Assembly (NCBI GenBank): GCA_002794465.1
Contig: MTSL01000092.1
Coordinates: 1-18,634, forward strand
Length of the DNA: 18,634 bases
Direction of reading: 5' to 3'
From: Paramicrosporidium saccamoebae KSL3
Taxonomy: Eukaryota > Fungi > Cryptomycota
The notes under the pieces are model-generated. The model made no database searches and was not told the DNA's origin. It saw only the letters and a list, made by a program, of their open reading frames with translations. Positions 1-9,400 of this stretch are shown here, piece after piece. A program made the position numbers and the translations under genes. Each line of letters starts with the position of its first letter. The first letter of the stretch is position 1.

Positions 1-999
1 CAGGGAACATCCAAAGAGTCGGATGGCACCGCAATGGAGCAAGAAACGGAGCAGAACCCAGAACGGGAGGAGACGGTGGAAATTGACAACGAGGCTCAGC
101 CCTCTGAAGAAAAGATGCTTGTCGAAGGAACTGAGAGACCAACCGAGCCCATTTCGCAAGTTGACACTTCTTTGACTCCAGCCACTCCTGAAGACGACTT
201 TGACCTGCCCAATTGGGACGAAATTGAGGGCAAGACACACGAACTGTCCATGGAACTCTGTGAGCAACTCCGTCTCGTTCTGGAACCGACAAAGGCGACA
301 AAAATGAGAGGCGATTATCGCACTGGAAAACGGCTGAACCTTCGCAAGATTCCCGCTTACATTGCCTCGCATTATCGACGCGACAAGATTTGGCTTCGAC
401 GCACAAAACCTTCCACTCGCGAATACCAAATTACTCTGTCTGTAGATAATTCGCGCTCCATGAGAGGCGGAGCAGGACGGTTGGCGGTTGAGGCGCTAGC
501 CATGACTGCTACGGCACTGAGTCGACTAGAAGCCGGCACAATCAGTGTCACTTCTTTTGGTGAAAGCGCAAACTGTCTACATCCTGCAACTGCTCCCTGG
601 AATACCGATGCTGGAAGGGCTCTCCTCACAAATTTGACCTTTAAGGATGACTCGACCGATGTAGCCTCACTTCTTGCCCTCATCAATGAGGGGGGCGGTG
701 GGTCGGAATGGCAGCTGCACGTCATTCTTTCTGACGGAATCTGTCACGACCACGCGAATCTCGCGCAACTCATCAACGCCGGGCTCCAGCGGCGCATAAT
801 TCACGTTTTTGTCATTCTGGATCCCACAGTTTCCGAGATTAGCCATGTGGAGTATCGCGCAGAAGGCATCAAGATGACCAAGTATCTGGAAACATTCCCC
901 TTCCAATTCTATGTCGTCCTGCGGGATATCCACGCCCTACCTCTGGTCCTGGCTGATGCGATCCGACAATGGTTCGAGACTGTTTCTCTGTTAGATTAG
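1..999 (+). CDS. MDN1: Midasin (AAA ATPase for 60S maturation), C-terminal end: acidic region and VWA/MIDAS domain; 5'-partial
   Basis: The frame is open from base 1 (cag gga aca...), so the ATG at 34 is internal. The protein carries the typical midasin block LCEQLRLVLEPTKATKMRGDYRTGKRLNLRKIPAYIASHYRRDKIWLRRTKP, a MIDAS DxSxS (VDNSRS), ILSDG, and the terminal YLETFPFQFYVVLRDIHALPLVLADAIRQWF. Confidence 0.95.
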   Translation, partial: QGTSKESDGTAMEQETEQNPEREETVEIDNEAQPSEEKMLVEGTERPTEPISQVDTSLTPATPEDDFDLPNWDEIEGKTHELSMELCEQLRLVLEPTKATKMRGDYRTGKRLNLRKIPAYIASHYRRDKIWLRRTKPSTREYQITLSVDNSRSMRGGAGRLAVEALAMTATALSRLEAGTISVTSFGESANCLHPATAPWNTDAGRALLTNLTFKDDSTDVASLLALINEGGGGSEWQLHVILSDGICHDHANLAQLINAGLQRRIIHVFVILDPTVSEISHVEYRAEGIKMTKYLETFPFQFYVVLRDIHALPLVLADAIRQWFETVSLLD

Positions 1000-1198
1000 A
1001 ATGTGTTAGAATAGAATAAAAGTGCAAAGTTTGATGCGGGCCTGTCGAGTGTAAGAGTTCGATGGAAAAGTTGTAGGCACGCCACATGGTGATAAAATGT
1101 GGATTGATCAGAAGTAACAATTAGGCATCACTATGGTTCATGACAGCGGTGCGCAAGTCAGTCCATTATTATCCCTTGTTATCATCATATCAAAATAT

Positions 1199-1271
1199 TG
1201 GAGGACCTGGGCATCGATCCCAGTACCCCTCGCATGCTAAGCGAGTGCTCTACCATTTGAGCTAGACCCCC
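1199..1271 (-). tRNA. tRNA-Ala(AGC): tRNA-Ala, anticodon AGC, 73 nt, no intron
   Basis: The minus strand reads GGGGGTC TA GCTC AAATGGTA GAGC A CTCGC TTAGCAT GCGAG GGGTA CTGGG ATCGATG CCCAG GTCCTCC A. It forms a full cloverleaf with the G3:U70 Ala identity pair and the ATCGA T-loop typical of eukaryotic tRNA-Ala. TTTT follows a few nt downstream. Confidence 0.97.
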
Positions 1272-1420
1272 GATATGGTTATGATAGTATCGTTATTTTG
1301 TGATCCCTATACCGATTAGGTTGCATTACTTGGTTCATGTTTATGACTATGGTGGCGGTTGTAGAGTTGGGAACACAGGACTCCATTAGGTAGTATTCGC
1401 TTATGATTGGCGGCCTCTTA

Positions 1421-1441
1421 CAATCCAATCCAATCCAATCC
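1421..1441. repeat. (CAATC)4 pentanucleotide microsatellite, giving three tandem CCAAT
   Basis: caatccaatccaatccaatcc read directly from the sequence. Confidence 0.85.
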
Positions 1442-1476
1442 AGTCATATTGAGGATGGCAGTCTAAATGTCAAATG

Positions 1477-1627
1477 GTGGGGATAATACCACGGACTTTG
1501 TCAGGCGGAAGAGATGGGAAGGAGAGGTTTGTTTACTTCTGATCCTAGAATAGTATGGACACACATTTCACTGTCCTGAAATACCCAGCAACTAGGTCTT
1601 CTCCAAACTAGGGAACTCTTTCCAAAA
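1477..1627. repeat. Bipartite dispersed element, copy 1 (block A 1477-1514, block B 1599-1627)
   Basis: Block A is gtggggataataccacggactttgtcaggcggaagaga and block B is ttctccaaactagggaactctttccaaaa. Both recur in the same order and orientation at 4984-5156. Confidence 0.9.
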
Positions 1628-2161
1628 GAACTGCTAATCAGTCTTTTATGTCACATAAAGACGCCATATGCTTGAACAACACTAACACACCCATCGAAAG
1701 ATCCTATATTAGAATCCCCAGCGAAGCAATTTGCATTTAATGGACGATAACCTTTATTTTAATCACTTGTATAAGAATCTGTTAAACAGTATCCACTTAT
1801 CATTGGCAAGTCCGACCCAGATAGCAGTCCCACAGGCCAGTTTGGTCATATTAAGAATGGCAGCCCATAAAGAAGCCATATACTTTAATAAGAGCAAGCT
1901 CACTCATCGGCGGAAAGAATTCGCCCTACGCTACCCTGGCCCGGAGTTATACCGAACTCTACAGCATTTCTGGAAAATGCCGTGCAGTAAAGTGAGAGTA
2001 ACAAACCTTTACTGGAAACCCCGGTCTGTTCTATGCTAAACCGTACAGCTACGTAAAGGCAGCATTAATGCGCGCCTAAATAATGTACCCAAGCTCGCTG
2101 CATTCATCCACTATTCCGTAATAGTCAAATGATGACCCCGACCAGGGTATAAGCCACTTTA

Positions 2162-2908
2162 ATGACTCAAGAGGTCTCCAAAGATGTATGATACACTGTT
2201 TGTATGGCTAATAGCTAGATTCTCCAGGCGTTTAGCGAAATTACTGCCGGCCTCAACCGTTTGGGAGCAGCACTCTCCATTCTGGTCTCGGCAACCATGA
2301 CCAAGTCCGTCGATGTTCCGGCGGCCATCAACCCCGTGTTGGACAAGGATTCTGCGACACCGGTCCTCATCACCGAATCAGCGCTCGTGACAGCACCAGC
2401 CACCCCAAAGGCCACCAAGTCTCCAAAGGCAGTGAGGGACCCCAATTTCCCGAAGCGTCCCCTGACCGCCTATCTTCTTTTCGCTCGTGAGCAACGCGAG
2501 ACGATTCAAAAAGAGCATCCCGAGTTTGGATTCCCCGAAGTTTCTCGTCTACTGGGACAGCGGTGGGAGAGTGTTGATAAGAAGAAATATGAGGAAGAGA
2601 ACCAAAAGCTGATGGAGAGTTATCGACGAGATGTGGAAGAGTATCAGAAGAGCAAAACACAGACTAGTGAAGCAGAACAGCCAACTACAGCTGTAAAGGT
2701 CCCCAAAAAGAACAAGAAGAAGGCTGCTGCTGAGACGGTGGGTGTCGCCGAAGCTGTGAATGCTACCGAGGCTGTGAGTGATCGTGCCGGCGATAAGAGT
2801 GTGATAGAGACCATCCCGACTCTTGCGTCATCTGAGGCGGATGTAGAGGCCGTAAAGCCTAAAAAGAAGAAGAACAAAAAGGCAAAGATTGCAGAGGTTG
2901 AAGCATAA
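2162..2908 (+). CDS. HMO1: Hmo1-like HMG-box chromatin protein, join(2162..2185,2219..2908), 237 aa
   Basis: HMG box RDPNFPKRPLTAYLLFAREQRETIQKEHPEFGFPEVSRLLGQRW...YRRDVEEY and Lys-rich tail KKKKNKKAK. Removing intron 2186-2218 gives the N-terminus MTQEVSKD|ILQAFSEITAGLNRLGAAL, which resembles the helical N-terminal part of yeast Hmo1. The HMG-box call is firm; Hmo1 orthology is from recall. Confidence 0.8.
2186..2218 (+). other. 33-nt spliceosomal intron, phase 0
   Basis: GTATGA...GCTAAT...CTAG. It contains an in-frame TGA, and its removal joins ATG 2162 in frame to the HMG ORF. Confidence 0.8.
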
Positions 2909-2945
2909 GTTGTTGTGTTTTGTGAGGCTAGTAATAAGACCCTTT

Positions 2946-3155
2946 ATTGGAATCCCTGGATTGTGGGTGTACTACCTCACACGTTTGTTCGAGTTTACTT
3001 TTTCAATAAAAATTCCATCCTAACCGTTGGTTACTCTAATTGAGGTTGCATTATTGGTTCCGCCTTGAGATTATCCAATCAGGATAAATCTTTCGAAAAA
3101 TGATTCGACCGACTATCCACGTCCAATAGCGTCAGCGAGTAATGGGTCATATAAG
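2946..3155 (+). promoter_or_regulatory. CCAAT-box cluster plus TATA-like element upstream of the 557-aa gene
   Basis: ATTGG at 2946 and 3053, CCAAT at 3075 and 3123, and TATAAG at 3150-3155, 25 nt before ATG 3181. Confidence 0.55.
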
Positions 3156-3180
3156 CGACGTCGATATGGAATAGGCCAGG

Positions 3181-4854
3181 ATGCATGGACTCGGGCTACT
3201 GATAGCATTGCCGCTAGCATTGGCACAGTATGACAGCAAGCCATCATACACGAGTAATGCAAATTATGGATCACAGCAACAAACCTACGGGTCATCACCA
3301 GTTGGAACACAATTTAATACTGGTGCATCCTCACTTGGAGTACCAAAGAGTAATACTTTACCGTCATTCGGAGTGTCATCAATTGGGGCGCAACCAAATT
3401 ATGGTCAACAAATAGGTGCTCAGGCAGCAGGTTTTGGGGGTCCCAATCAACAGAATGGGACGCCATACCCCGAGACCATGCATGGCCGAGGACAACAGAC
3501 GGGTGGTTGGCCGCAGTCAGCCTATGTACCCGGGTCGCCATCGCCAATGTTTCCCCAACCGACAGTCACAGCCCCACCACGTCCTCCGCCGCCCCCACCG
3601 CCACCGAACAAACAAACTGCGGAAGCGCGTCTCGCCTGGCTCGAGTATCTAACCAATGTATATATCCAATGCGAAGATTTTGGTCATGCGCGGAAACTCG
3701 TTGAGGAGATGTATGTGTGGTTAGTGCGCTATCCGAGATTACGTAAGGAAGTGAGTGAGGCAGTGCAGGTACTGCAACAACGCATGGATGCCAGTCGGGA
3801 ATGCAAGTGTAGTGGAGGTCGCTGTAGAGGAAACCAGCAGCCTCATCCGCCCAGGGAAATGATGCCAAAGGGGGACATGACTATGGAGGCAGAGCGAAAC
3901 CTCTATAAAATGATGGGTCACATCCATGCATCATCAAATATTGAGCTGGACTCGAGAGAGAAAGAGACTGTGGAGCAAGTACATCGGATCCTTGGATTAG
4001 GATACACGAGCAATGCAATACATGCGTTTCAGCAACTACGCTCTACAAATCCCACTTTGGTGGACACGGAAACGTATGGGAAGCTTGATTTTGTGCTCAA
4101 AATGGTGCGATTCGATTTGGAGAATCCCGATAATTGCATGCCATTGTGGAAGAGCGACTGTCAGACCAACTGGAGGCGCAAGAGCGATATTCTGGAAACT
4201 TATAATATGTTAAGGAGTACCCCTCCCCAACAGACTCAGTTGCGTGGCGTATTGTATCGGATCGCCCATCTGCCCAATCGTGAAGAGATCCTCACTCGAC
4301 TTTTGGTGGCGGTGGGACGAAATGAAGCTTGGCAGCGCACTCGGGGGCTAAACCGTGCAGATCGATATTTGGCCGAGGCCTGTCTGACCCTGCATGGATC
4401 ACCCCGACCGGGCCGGTTTGATGATGTCGCCACGTGGGAATTCCATATTAATCCCCTCGATGCACGCGCTCACGCCAAACAGATATACGAACGCTGTCTT
4501 CAAGACCACCGTTTGACATCATCTGCCCAATGTCGAGAGGCATTTGGTCAGATCAATGCGCTTGAACGGACCTGTCCCTATGGAGGGTTTGTGCGCATCG
4601 GAACCTTTTCTCTAATATTTGGCGATTATTTGTTTATCAAGTGCCTGGCACCTCCCATGCCGCCTCCGAGCTATTTTTTGCCTCCACGAGCACCGTCTGT
4701 GCCAAGAGATCGCTATCGGAGACGACTGCGGAGACTGTCGAGGCTGCTGCACAGTCTGACTGAACACTTACAAGATGTGGGTGAATATGCCAATACACGC
4801 CGACTACCGGGTCATGAACACATATTAAGTGCAATACGAAACGAATTAGACTGA
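3181..4854 (+). CDS. Predicted secreted protein, 557 aa: signal peptide, G/Q/S/P low-complexity region, polyproline tract, helical domain shared with the 1352-aa protein
   Basis: Long intact ORF. The N-terminus MHGLGLLIALPLALA|QYD looks like a signal peptide, and PPRPPPPPPPP lies at 3574-3606. No family recognised. Confidence 0.85.
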   Translation: MHGLGLLIALPLALAQYDSKPSYTSNANYGSQQQTYGSSPVGTQFNTGASSLGVPKSNTLPSFGVSSIGAQPNYGQQIGAQAAGFGGPNQQNGTPYPETMHGRGQQTGGWPQSAYVPGSPSPMFPQPTVTAPPRPPPPPPPPNKQTAEARLAWLEYLTNVYIQCEDFGHARKLVEEMYVWLVRYPRLRKEVSEAVQVLQQRMDASRECKCSGGRCRGNQQPHPPREMMPKGDMTMEAERNLYKMMGHIHASSNIELDSREKETVEQVHRILGLGYTSNAIHAFQQLRSTNPTLVDTETYGKLDFVLKMVRFDLENPDNCMPLWKSDCQTNWRRKSDILETYNMLRSTPPQQTQLRGVLYRIAHLPNREEILTRLLVAVGRNEAWQRTRGLNRADRYLAEACLTLHGSPRPGRFDDVATWEFHINPLDARAHAKQIYERCLQDHRLTSSAQCREAFGQINALERTCPYGGFVRIGTFSLIFGDYLFIKCLAPPMPPPSYFLPPRAPSVPRDRYRRRLRRLSRLLHSLTEHLQDVGEYANTRRLPGHEHILSAIRNELD

Positions 4855-4983
4855 GATATTATTTATAAATGTATTCTTGTGAGATTGCTGATGATGCATG
4901 AGGGGGGGGGTAACTCGCGTTTAGAGAAAAATTGCTGCGCTGTACAGTGAAGTGAAGTAAAGAGATCATCATAGTGTCGCGTA

Positions 4984-5156
4984 GTGGGGATAATACCACG
5001 GACTTTGTCAAGCGGGAAGAGAACCCGTTCATTTTTAATCCAATGGCCCTTTTATAGTCTCCCAAGTGGCATAGGAATAATCCTCAAGTACTCAGCAAAT
5101 CGATCCATTCTAGCACACAAAGATGTTTTCTCCAAACTGGGGAACTACTTCCAAAA
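4984..5156. repeat. Bipartite dispersed element, copy 2 (block A 4984-5022, block B 5128-5156)
   Basis: The first 27 nt of block A are identical to copy 1, and block B matches at 26/29. The spacer is unrelated to that of copy 1. Confidence 0.9.
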
Positions 5157-5197
5157 AACATGGCAAACAATCCACCACATCACATCTTTATTGAATA

Positions 5198-6028
5198 TTA
5201 AACTGGTATAGCGCAGTCTTTCGGGTCATGTTTAACGGAATTAACAAGCGAGGTGTAGAATTCATTTGACAAATACCGTGGTGGCACGATCCAGGAGCGT
5301 TTTTCGTAGTGATCAAACATTACTCTATTGTGTATTGTCAAGAAGAGCTCGCCTTCTGGTCCCTCCAGGACACAGGTTAACACACCGAAAAAGCTCCGTG
5401 TACACGCATTTCCATCCAGAAACATTGTGTCCTCCCACATCCAAGATCCTCCAAAGCGCATGCGCATTGCGAAAACTTTTACCCCTAGAGCATACCCCAT
5501 CAAGAAGAATGCAATTGTGCCAATGCCGAGAAAGTAACCGGCACTTAGAAGTGCAGCTAGCAATACGAGGGGGATGGCGTCGGTGGACAGAACAATGAGC
5601 CATCCCAGCCACTTGCTATATTCTCGCTCGCGACCAAGAAACACAAATCGTTTCTGTAGGCAGTGCACTTCATCATTCTTATGATAATATCCAAGGACCA
5701 ATACTCTGGGCATCTCCCAAACCGAGAATAAAAATCCGAAATGCTTCCAGTCATGGAGGCCTTCGGCCGCGAGCTGCCCATCGGGACGAAATTTGGCGAC
5801 CACGAAGGAGCGGATGCTGAAGCGCTTGATAATCCAGAAGAGAAAATCGTGCGAAATCAAGCCCACCCAGATGAAGGCGTACATGGTCCAGCCCCAGAAT
5901 GGATAGCATATATTGACGATTGTCCACGCCATGAGCAACAATAAAAACGCATCGATAGTAACGCTGAGACACTTTACCAGTTTTGGGCCAAATGTGCTTC
6001 CCTTAGAGAGTCTAAACGTGAGATACAT
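5198..6028 (-). CDS. Membrane protein, 276 aa, about 4 TM, arranged as two (2 TM + soluble domain) units
   Basis: Two hydrophobic hairpins (VTIDAFLLLL...FLFWII and LSTDAIPLVLL...ALGVKVF), each followed by a soluble segment. The start context agcaATG matches that of 13677. Confidence 0.75.
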   Translation of the reverse strand: MYLTFRLSKGSTFGPKLVKCLSVTIDAFLLLLMAWTIVNICYPFWGWTMYAFIWVGLISHDFLFWIIKRFSIRSFVVAKFRPDGQLAAEGLHDWKHFGFLFSVWEMPRVLVLGYYHKNDEVHCLQKRFVFLGREREYSKWLGWLIVLSTDAIPLVLLAALLSAGYFLGIGTIAFFLMGYALGVKVFAMRMRFGGSWMWEDTMFLDGNACTRSFFGVLTCVLEGPEGELFLTIHNRVMFDHYEKRSWIVPPRYLSNEFYTSLVNSVKHDPKDCAIPV

Positions 6029-6132
6029 TGCTGAGCGGAGAAGTGAGAGTCGGCTCGCATTTGTTACTGTTCAATAGGGGGTGACCCCTAGGCGATGATT
6101 TGTGGGATAGCTTAATTTGGAACAGAGTGGTA

Positions 6133-6415
6133 ATTGGTCAACCGACGGATCTGCCCCGTGGTAGCCCGATCCACTACGCTCAAGTAGCAGTAAACCTTAT
6201 TTGCAATCATCCTCAAATAAGAGCATCTGCCGTATGCTTTAAATTTAATAAGAAAACTCGATTCTCGTGCGTAGATTTTTGTGACACTGCGGGGTATTTT
6301 ACAATTCCGTACCGATTAGCCGTGAAATCTGATTGGAGGAATTTCTTGCCTCCAATCAGTGACAGTCGTTCGACGACGAACAAATGTCTGGACCTGATGG
6401 CGCCGCTCTGATTGG
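6133..6415. promoter_or_regulatory. CCAAT-box cluster in the divergent promoter region
   Basis: ATTGG at 6133, 6332 and 6411; CCAAT at 6352. Confidence 0.5.
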
Positions 6416-6456
6416 ATGGGAATCTTGGATAAGGTCGCCACGGACCGGAATTCAGC

Positions 6457-9400
6457 ATGTTCCGCATGCTGTGCCAACTACTTTTGATATGGCTGGGAAT
6501 GTCGCTGGCCTCGCCACGACACCCGCTGCCAAAATCAAATTTGCAGTCATTCAGCAAATTATCGATTCCGTCAGGCAGATTGGCCGACGATGACTTGGCA
6601 CTGGCTGATACGCCGTTCCGCGAATATGTCGACTATGCCACGTGGACGCAGTATTTAGCCAAGCAGCTGGTAGCCACCGGGGATGTGGCACGACTGTCAT
6701 CAGCAATCAACCGCCTGCAGGCCCTAAACAGCCGTCTCCGGGGGGCGGACGCCGTCTCAGGGACCCAGGCGATAAAGCGTCTTACCCAGGATCTCTATGA
6801 GCTGCGCATCCGATCAGCCAGTCATCACATGAAGTTTGACCCAAAAGCAGAAGAGGTGTACGACCTAATTGAGCACGGCCATTATAACATTGCCAAAGAA
6901 ATGCTACGCAACATTCTCCACCAAATGGATTACATCAAACTAAGTGCATCGTTAAAGAATGTTGTGATTTTGGAAGGACTAATCCAGTATGATGGGCTAA
7001 ATCCCAAGGCTGTACTGTCTATATGGGAGAACATGTGGAATTTGAGCCAGGATGACAAGGTCTCTGCCCTCATCCGCGCCAAGCAACTATGCTCTGCAAC
7101 TCGCTCAGCCGTGGCAGATCCGCACCATCAGAAAGGCTACCGATGCATTTCCCGAACAAACAATATAGACGCTCGAGTTCTCGTTAACCTTGGACAGGAC
7201 GTGACCAAGCAGTTGGGCGAGCCATACATAAGAGACGATCCTGTAGAGCATCGTCTACTGCAGATGGGAATGGCATATATGAACACGGACTATTGTGCTG
7301 CTCAAACGCATATCCGTACGGCATTGCATATGGCCACTGATCAATTGCGCCGGAAAGAGTTGGAGAGAATCGAAAAACGACTTGGAGAGCAGTGCGTCCG
7401 GAAGCAGTTGGATTCGACATATCGCATGTTCTGTCAGGTTGGTCATGAGGCAGCCTTCCCCATAGGAGAGGCCACTGTCACTAATCCCGTGTCTTCCGTT
7501 GTTGCAACGGCAGAACGTACCTTTTGGACACGTATTGCCATTGGCGATTGCATTTCCGCTCGCAGTGATTTGGAGGCCGTCCGTCGTATTGTGCCAACCA
7601 ATATTATCCACCGTCGCGACTATCTCATCAGTCGCATGGAGTTTATGGAAAGTAGGCTGCGCAAATGTCAGCAAGCTCCCGGTCTCTACGCCAATGGATT
7701 TGGACAACGCATTATGGCATTGCTGCAAAATCGCAATTATCAGGGAGCCTATTGGGTGTGGCAGCAGAACCGAAATCACCCCACTGCTGTAGTATGGCGT
7801 ACTGCCATCCTAGTAGCCCGTTATCCAAAGGTCATTTATGCTCCTTGTACTGGAAACAGTCTTGTCACTGGAGTTCCCAACATGGATCGACAACTATTCG
7901 ATCGATTGGAGGCCCTAATGACTGGTCGAAAGTCGAGTTCATGCGTCCATGAGACTGATAAGGAGCTTTGCAACCTCATTTGGATGCGTGCTGCCTATGT
8001 TACTGGAAGACATCGACTTGTACATCATTACGCGAGACAAATCAGCCGCAGTGCAAAATACTGCGACGAGGCTAACCAGCTAATGGCGTGTCAGTTGCTC
8101 TGTTTCAGTGGTCGCGGCTACTCAGAGGCATGTTCCTCCTTATCAAATTATCAAAGTATGAGCCAACAGGTCCGTTCTGCTCCCCACAATGCCATTGGAC
8201 TAGATCTCGCCACTCGACTCTGTCGCTCTTCAAAGCAAATTGTCTTGGATCCGTTTTACATACGGAATGGCCCTACTCCGCGTCCATTAACCTTTCTCTT
8301 CCGACACTATTTTAAACGCTTTCTGTACGATGGGCAAAGGTCTCTCTTTTCTCCTAAAACCAAGATTCATCCCAGCATGCTCGCTTCTCAGTTGAATGGA
8401 AAAAATACTGTACCCTATTCTAGTCCATCCATTAACTATGCAACTCAAAACTCGCAGACCCCGCAGAACTCGCAGAACCGCCCTCCAGGATTCAATACTA
8501 TCACTCACTATGATCAGAACATGCAACCAATCACGGCGACAACGGCCATTTATGGCAATTCTCATCAATCGTCGCCCATTTCTGCGCTGGGTTCCAACCA
8601 AAAGCTTGTCAAGGGCGGTTGGGATCACTATATGGGACATCAGCGCCATCTCGGCAGTTATCAAAACATTAATGCTCCCCAGATAACTGACCAACAGCGA
8701 CGTGCATTGCTACAGGCTCAGGAGCTTTTGTGTCCATGTTTGGCCAAACACAAGGGACTTATGTTCCAGTGTCGACCAGGCCGAGCCGGTGATCGATGCA
8801 GAGCAGCGAAGAGAAGGTTTATGCAGTCATATCAGAGGAAGAATATGAAAAAGGTTTGTAGCAAGCCCAAATGCAGAATAGTGAAAACGAAATGCAAAAA
8901 GGGCGATAAGAAATGCAAATCAACCCGCCGTGTATGCAGCAAGCCCCAGTGTCGACTCATCCCTAAGCATAATAACAAACGGACAAGCAAGGTCTGTGAA
9001 AAACCCAAATGCAAAATGGTCAAGGTTAAATGCAAAAAGGGCGATAAAAAGTGCAAATCGACAAAACGGGTATGCAGCAAACCCAAGTGCCGATCTGTTA
9101 ATGCCGCTGGAAACGCAAAGACTCGAAGAGTTTGTGAAAAGCCCAAGTGCAGGACGGTCAAGGTCAAATGCAAAAAGGGTGATAAAAAGTGCAAGCCGAC
9201 CAAGCGTGTATGCGGTAAGCCCAAGTGTAGATTGGTTCCCGTTACTGGAAATGCAGGGACACGAAGAGTTTGCGAAAAACCCAAATGTCGGACGATCAAG
9301 GTGAAATGTAAAAAGGGCGATAAAAAGTGCAAACCAACTAAACGTGTCTGCAGCAAGCCCAAGTGCAGGATGATCAAAGTCAAAGGCAAAAAGCAATGCA

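Noticed and set aside
372-1120. Minus-strand ORFs over midasin; other short ORFs nested in the long CDSs across the window are treated the same way
   Set aside because: They overlap well-supported genes and have no recognisable motifs.
1130-1355. Loose ATGGTT(C)ATG-like motif recurring 3-4 times around the tRNA
   Set aside because: It is short, degenerate and AT-rich, and cannot be distinguished from chance by eye.
1731-2039. 102-aa ORF (ATG at 1740 gives 99 aa)
   Set aside because: It is short, with no motif, signal peptide or homology I can recognise. It cannot be excluded but is not supportable.
4888-4935. CTGATGA...GAAA as a hammerhead core or C/D box
   Set aside because: Stem II cannot form and there is no suitably placed D box.
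4990-5011. TTGACA...TATTAT on the minus strand, resembling a sigma70 promoter
   Set aside because: The spacer is 10 nt rather than about 17, copy 1 has CTGACA, and the context is eukaryotic.
4984-5156. U1 snRNA-like look of the bipartite element (GGGGA..ATACCA; block B similar to U1 stem-loop III)
   Set aside because: Neither copy has the 5' ACTTACC, a U1-70K loop or an Sm site.
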